The notes beneath the pieces are model-generated. The model did not search any database. It had not been told where the DNA came from and was given only the letters and a program-made list of their open reading frames with translations. The position numbers were made by a program, and so were the translations under genes. A stretch of DNA of 63,765 nt, filler included, from Octopus bimaculoides (taxonomy: Eukaryota), in NCBI RefSeq assembly GCF_001194135.2. It is 7 parts of 7 records of this genome, joined end to end, with 100 filler letters (N's around TTAATTAATTAA, not from the genome) between each part and the next. Parts side by side here need not be neighbours in the genome. Positions count along the whole stretch, not along the records: positions 62,027 to 63,765 come from NW_026394946.1; 6 more parts are not named here. One strand, written 5' to 3'. Below, in pieces: positions 62,712 to 63,765 of the stretch. The stretch's first letter is position 1. Each line of letters starts with the position of its first letter.

Positions 62712-62945
62712 TCTTTCGTTTGTTTCAGTCATCTGACTGCAGCCATGCTGGAGCACCACCTTTGGTCGAACAAATCGACCCCAAGACTCATTCTTTGCAA
62801 GCCAAGTACTTATTCTATCGGTCACTTTGCCGAACCGCTAGGTTACGGTGATGTAAACANNNNNNNNNNACTTATTCTATCGGTCACTTTGCCGAACCGC
62901 TAGGTTACGGTGATGTAAACACACCAGCATCGGTTGTCAAGCTAC
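62711..62945 (-). mobile_element. SINE family A 3' half
   Basis: Reverse complement of the family A tail, with about 50 bp duplicated across a 10-N gap. Confidence 0.75.
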
Positions 62946-62978
62946 AGACACACAAACACACAGACAAAAAGACACACA

Positions 62979-63017
<39 letters not shown>

Positions 63018-63244
63018 TCTGGGCAAAATTTATTGACAAATGATGATAATATTTTACCAGTGGTCAGCATGCGTAAACACATTTAGAGGACATAAATATT
63101 ATCATATAATAGTGCATAAGATTTTTTACATGAAGGGGAAATCCTCTATGTGGATTTCTCACTGCTAGAAAGGGCAGTCAAGGCCCATGCCACGAAAAGA
63201 AAGATTTTTCTATAAAGGCAAGTTCTTTGTAGGGGGACGGGAGG

Positions 63245-63288
<44 letters not shown>

Positions 63289-63298
63289 NNNNNNNNNN

Positions 63299-63337
<39 letters not shown>

Positions 63338-63765
63338 CGCACTAATTTCGAAACCAAAATGGATAAGGATGTAGCTACCTTGCGCGTGATTTCCGTGTGT
63401 ATTTGAAACTACATAATTATTCATTAATTAGCGATCTCGCTGTCGATTCACAGATCCCCAATTAGTTTGTTTTGTAGGTTAATTGCGAAACTCGAGTCCG
63501 GGATTAACTACTTTACATTTTTTTGTTTGTTTTGGTGCTAAAATCAGCGTGCTTCATGAATTCTTTTTTTCGTGGTTTAGGTTTTAACTGGCCTTTTCAG
63601 CATGTAAGGAGTTCTGTCAAAGGTCTGCTCTGTGCATATAGAAAGAGTCTACACCCTTTTATAGTTTTGAAAAATATGTTCTTGTAACTTTTATTTATGA
63701 ATGCTAACCATTTATATATCTTATTTCAATGTATTACCCTCATATTTACGATAGCATACAGACTT

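Noticed and set aside
62810-62920. About 50-bp direct duplication across a 10-N gap
   Set aside because: Typical unmerged contig-overlap artefact.

Overview
Eukaryotic, AT-rich, repeat-dense genomic DNA with about 8.4 kb of N gaps and very dense (TA)n/(CA)n/(GA)n/(TAA)n microsatellites. The SINE families and microsatellite load point to an octopus-like cephalopod draft assembly (inference). The only host coding sequence I can recognise is one 127-bp internal exon of lysyl-tRNA synthetase (KARS, 1127-1253, +). Its following exons are not visible anywhere in the sequenced part of the window. Bases 21.3-28.5 kb hold a tRNA-Pro cluster of 5 intact genes and 3 decayed copies, arranged as three divergent UGG/AGG pairs. 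Homologous spacers and shared 3' flanks suggest the pairs arose by duplication and gene conversion. The rest is mobile DNA: a near-full-length decayed RTE LINE (48.4-52.3 kb), an R4/Dong-type RLE element inserted in a (TAA)n tract, further RLE, RTE and Penelope fragments, mariner and hAT derivatives, foldback elements, at least four SINE families, and several minisatellites/satellites. I found no convincing new protein-coding system. The most interesting signals are structural: the tRNA-pair architecture, and a concentration of inverted repeats around the KARS exon that could form dsRNA.
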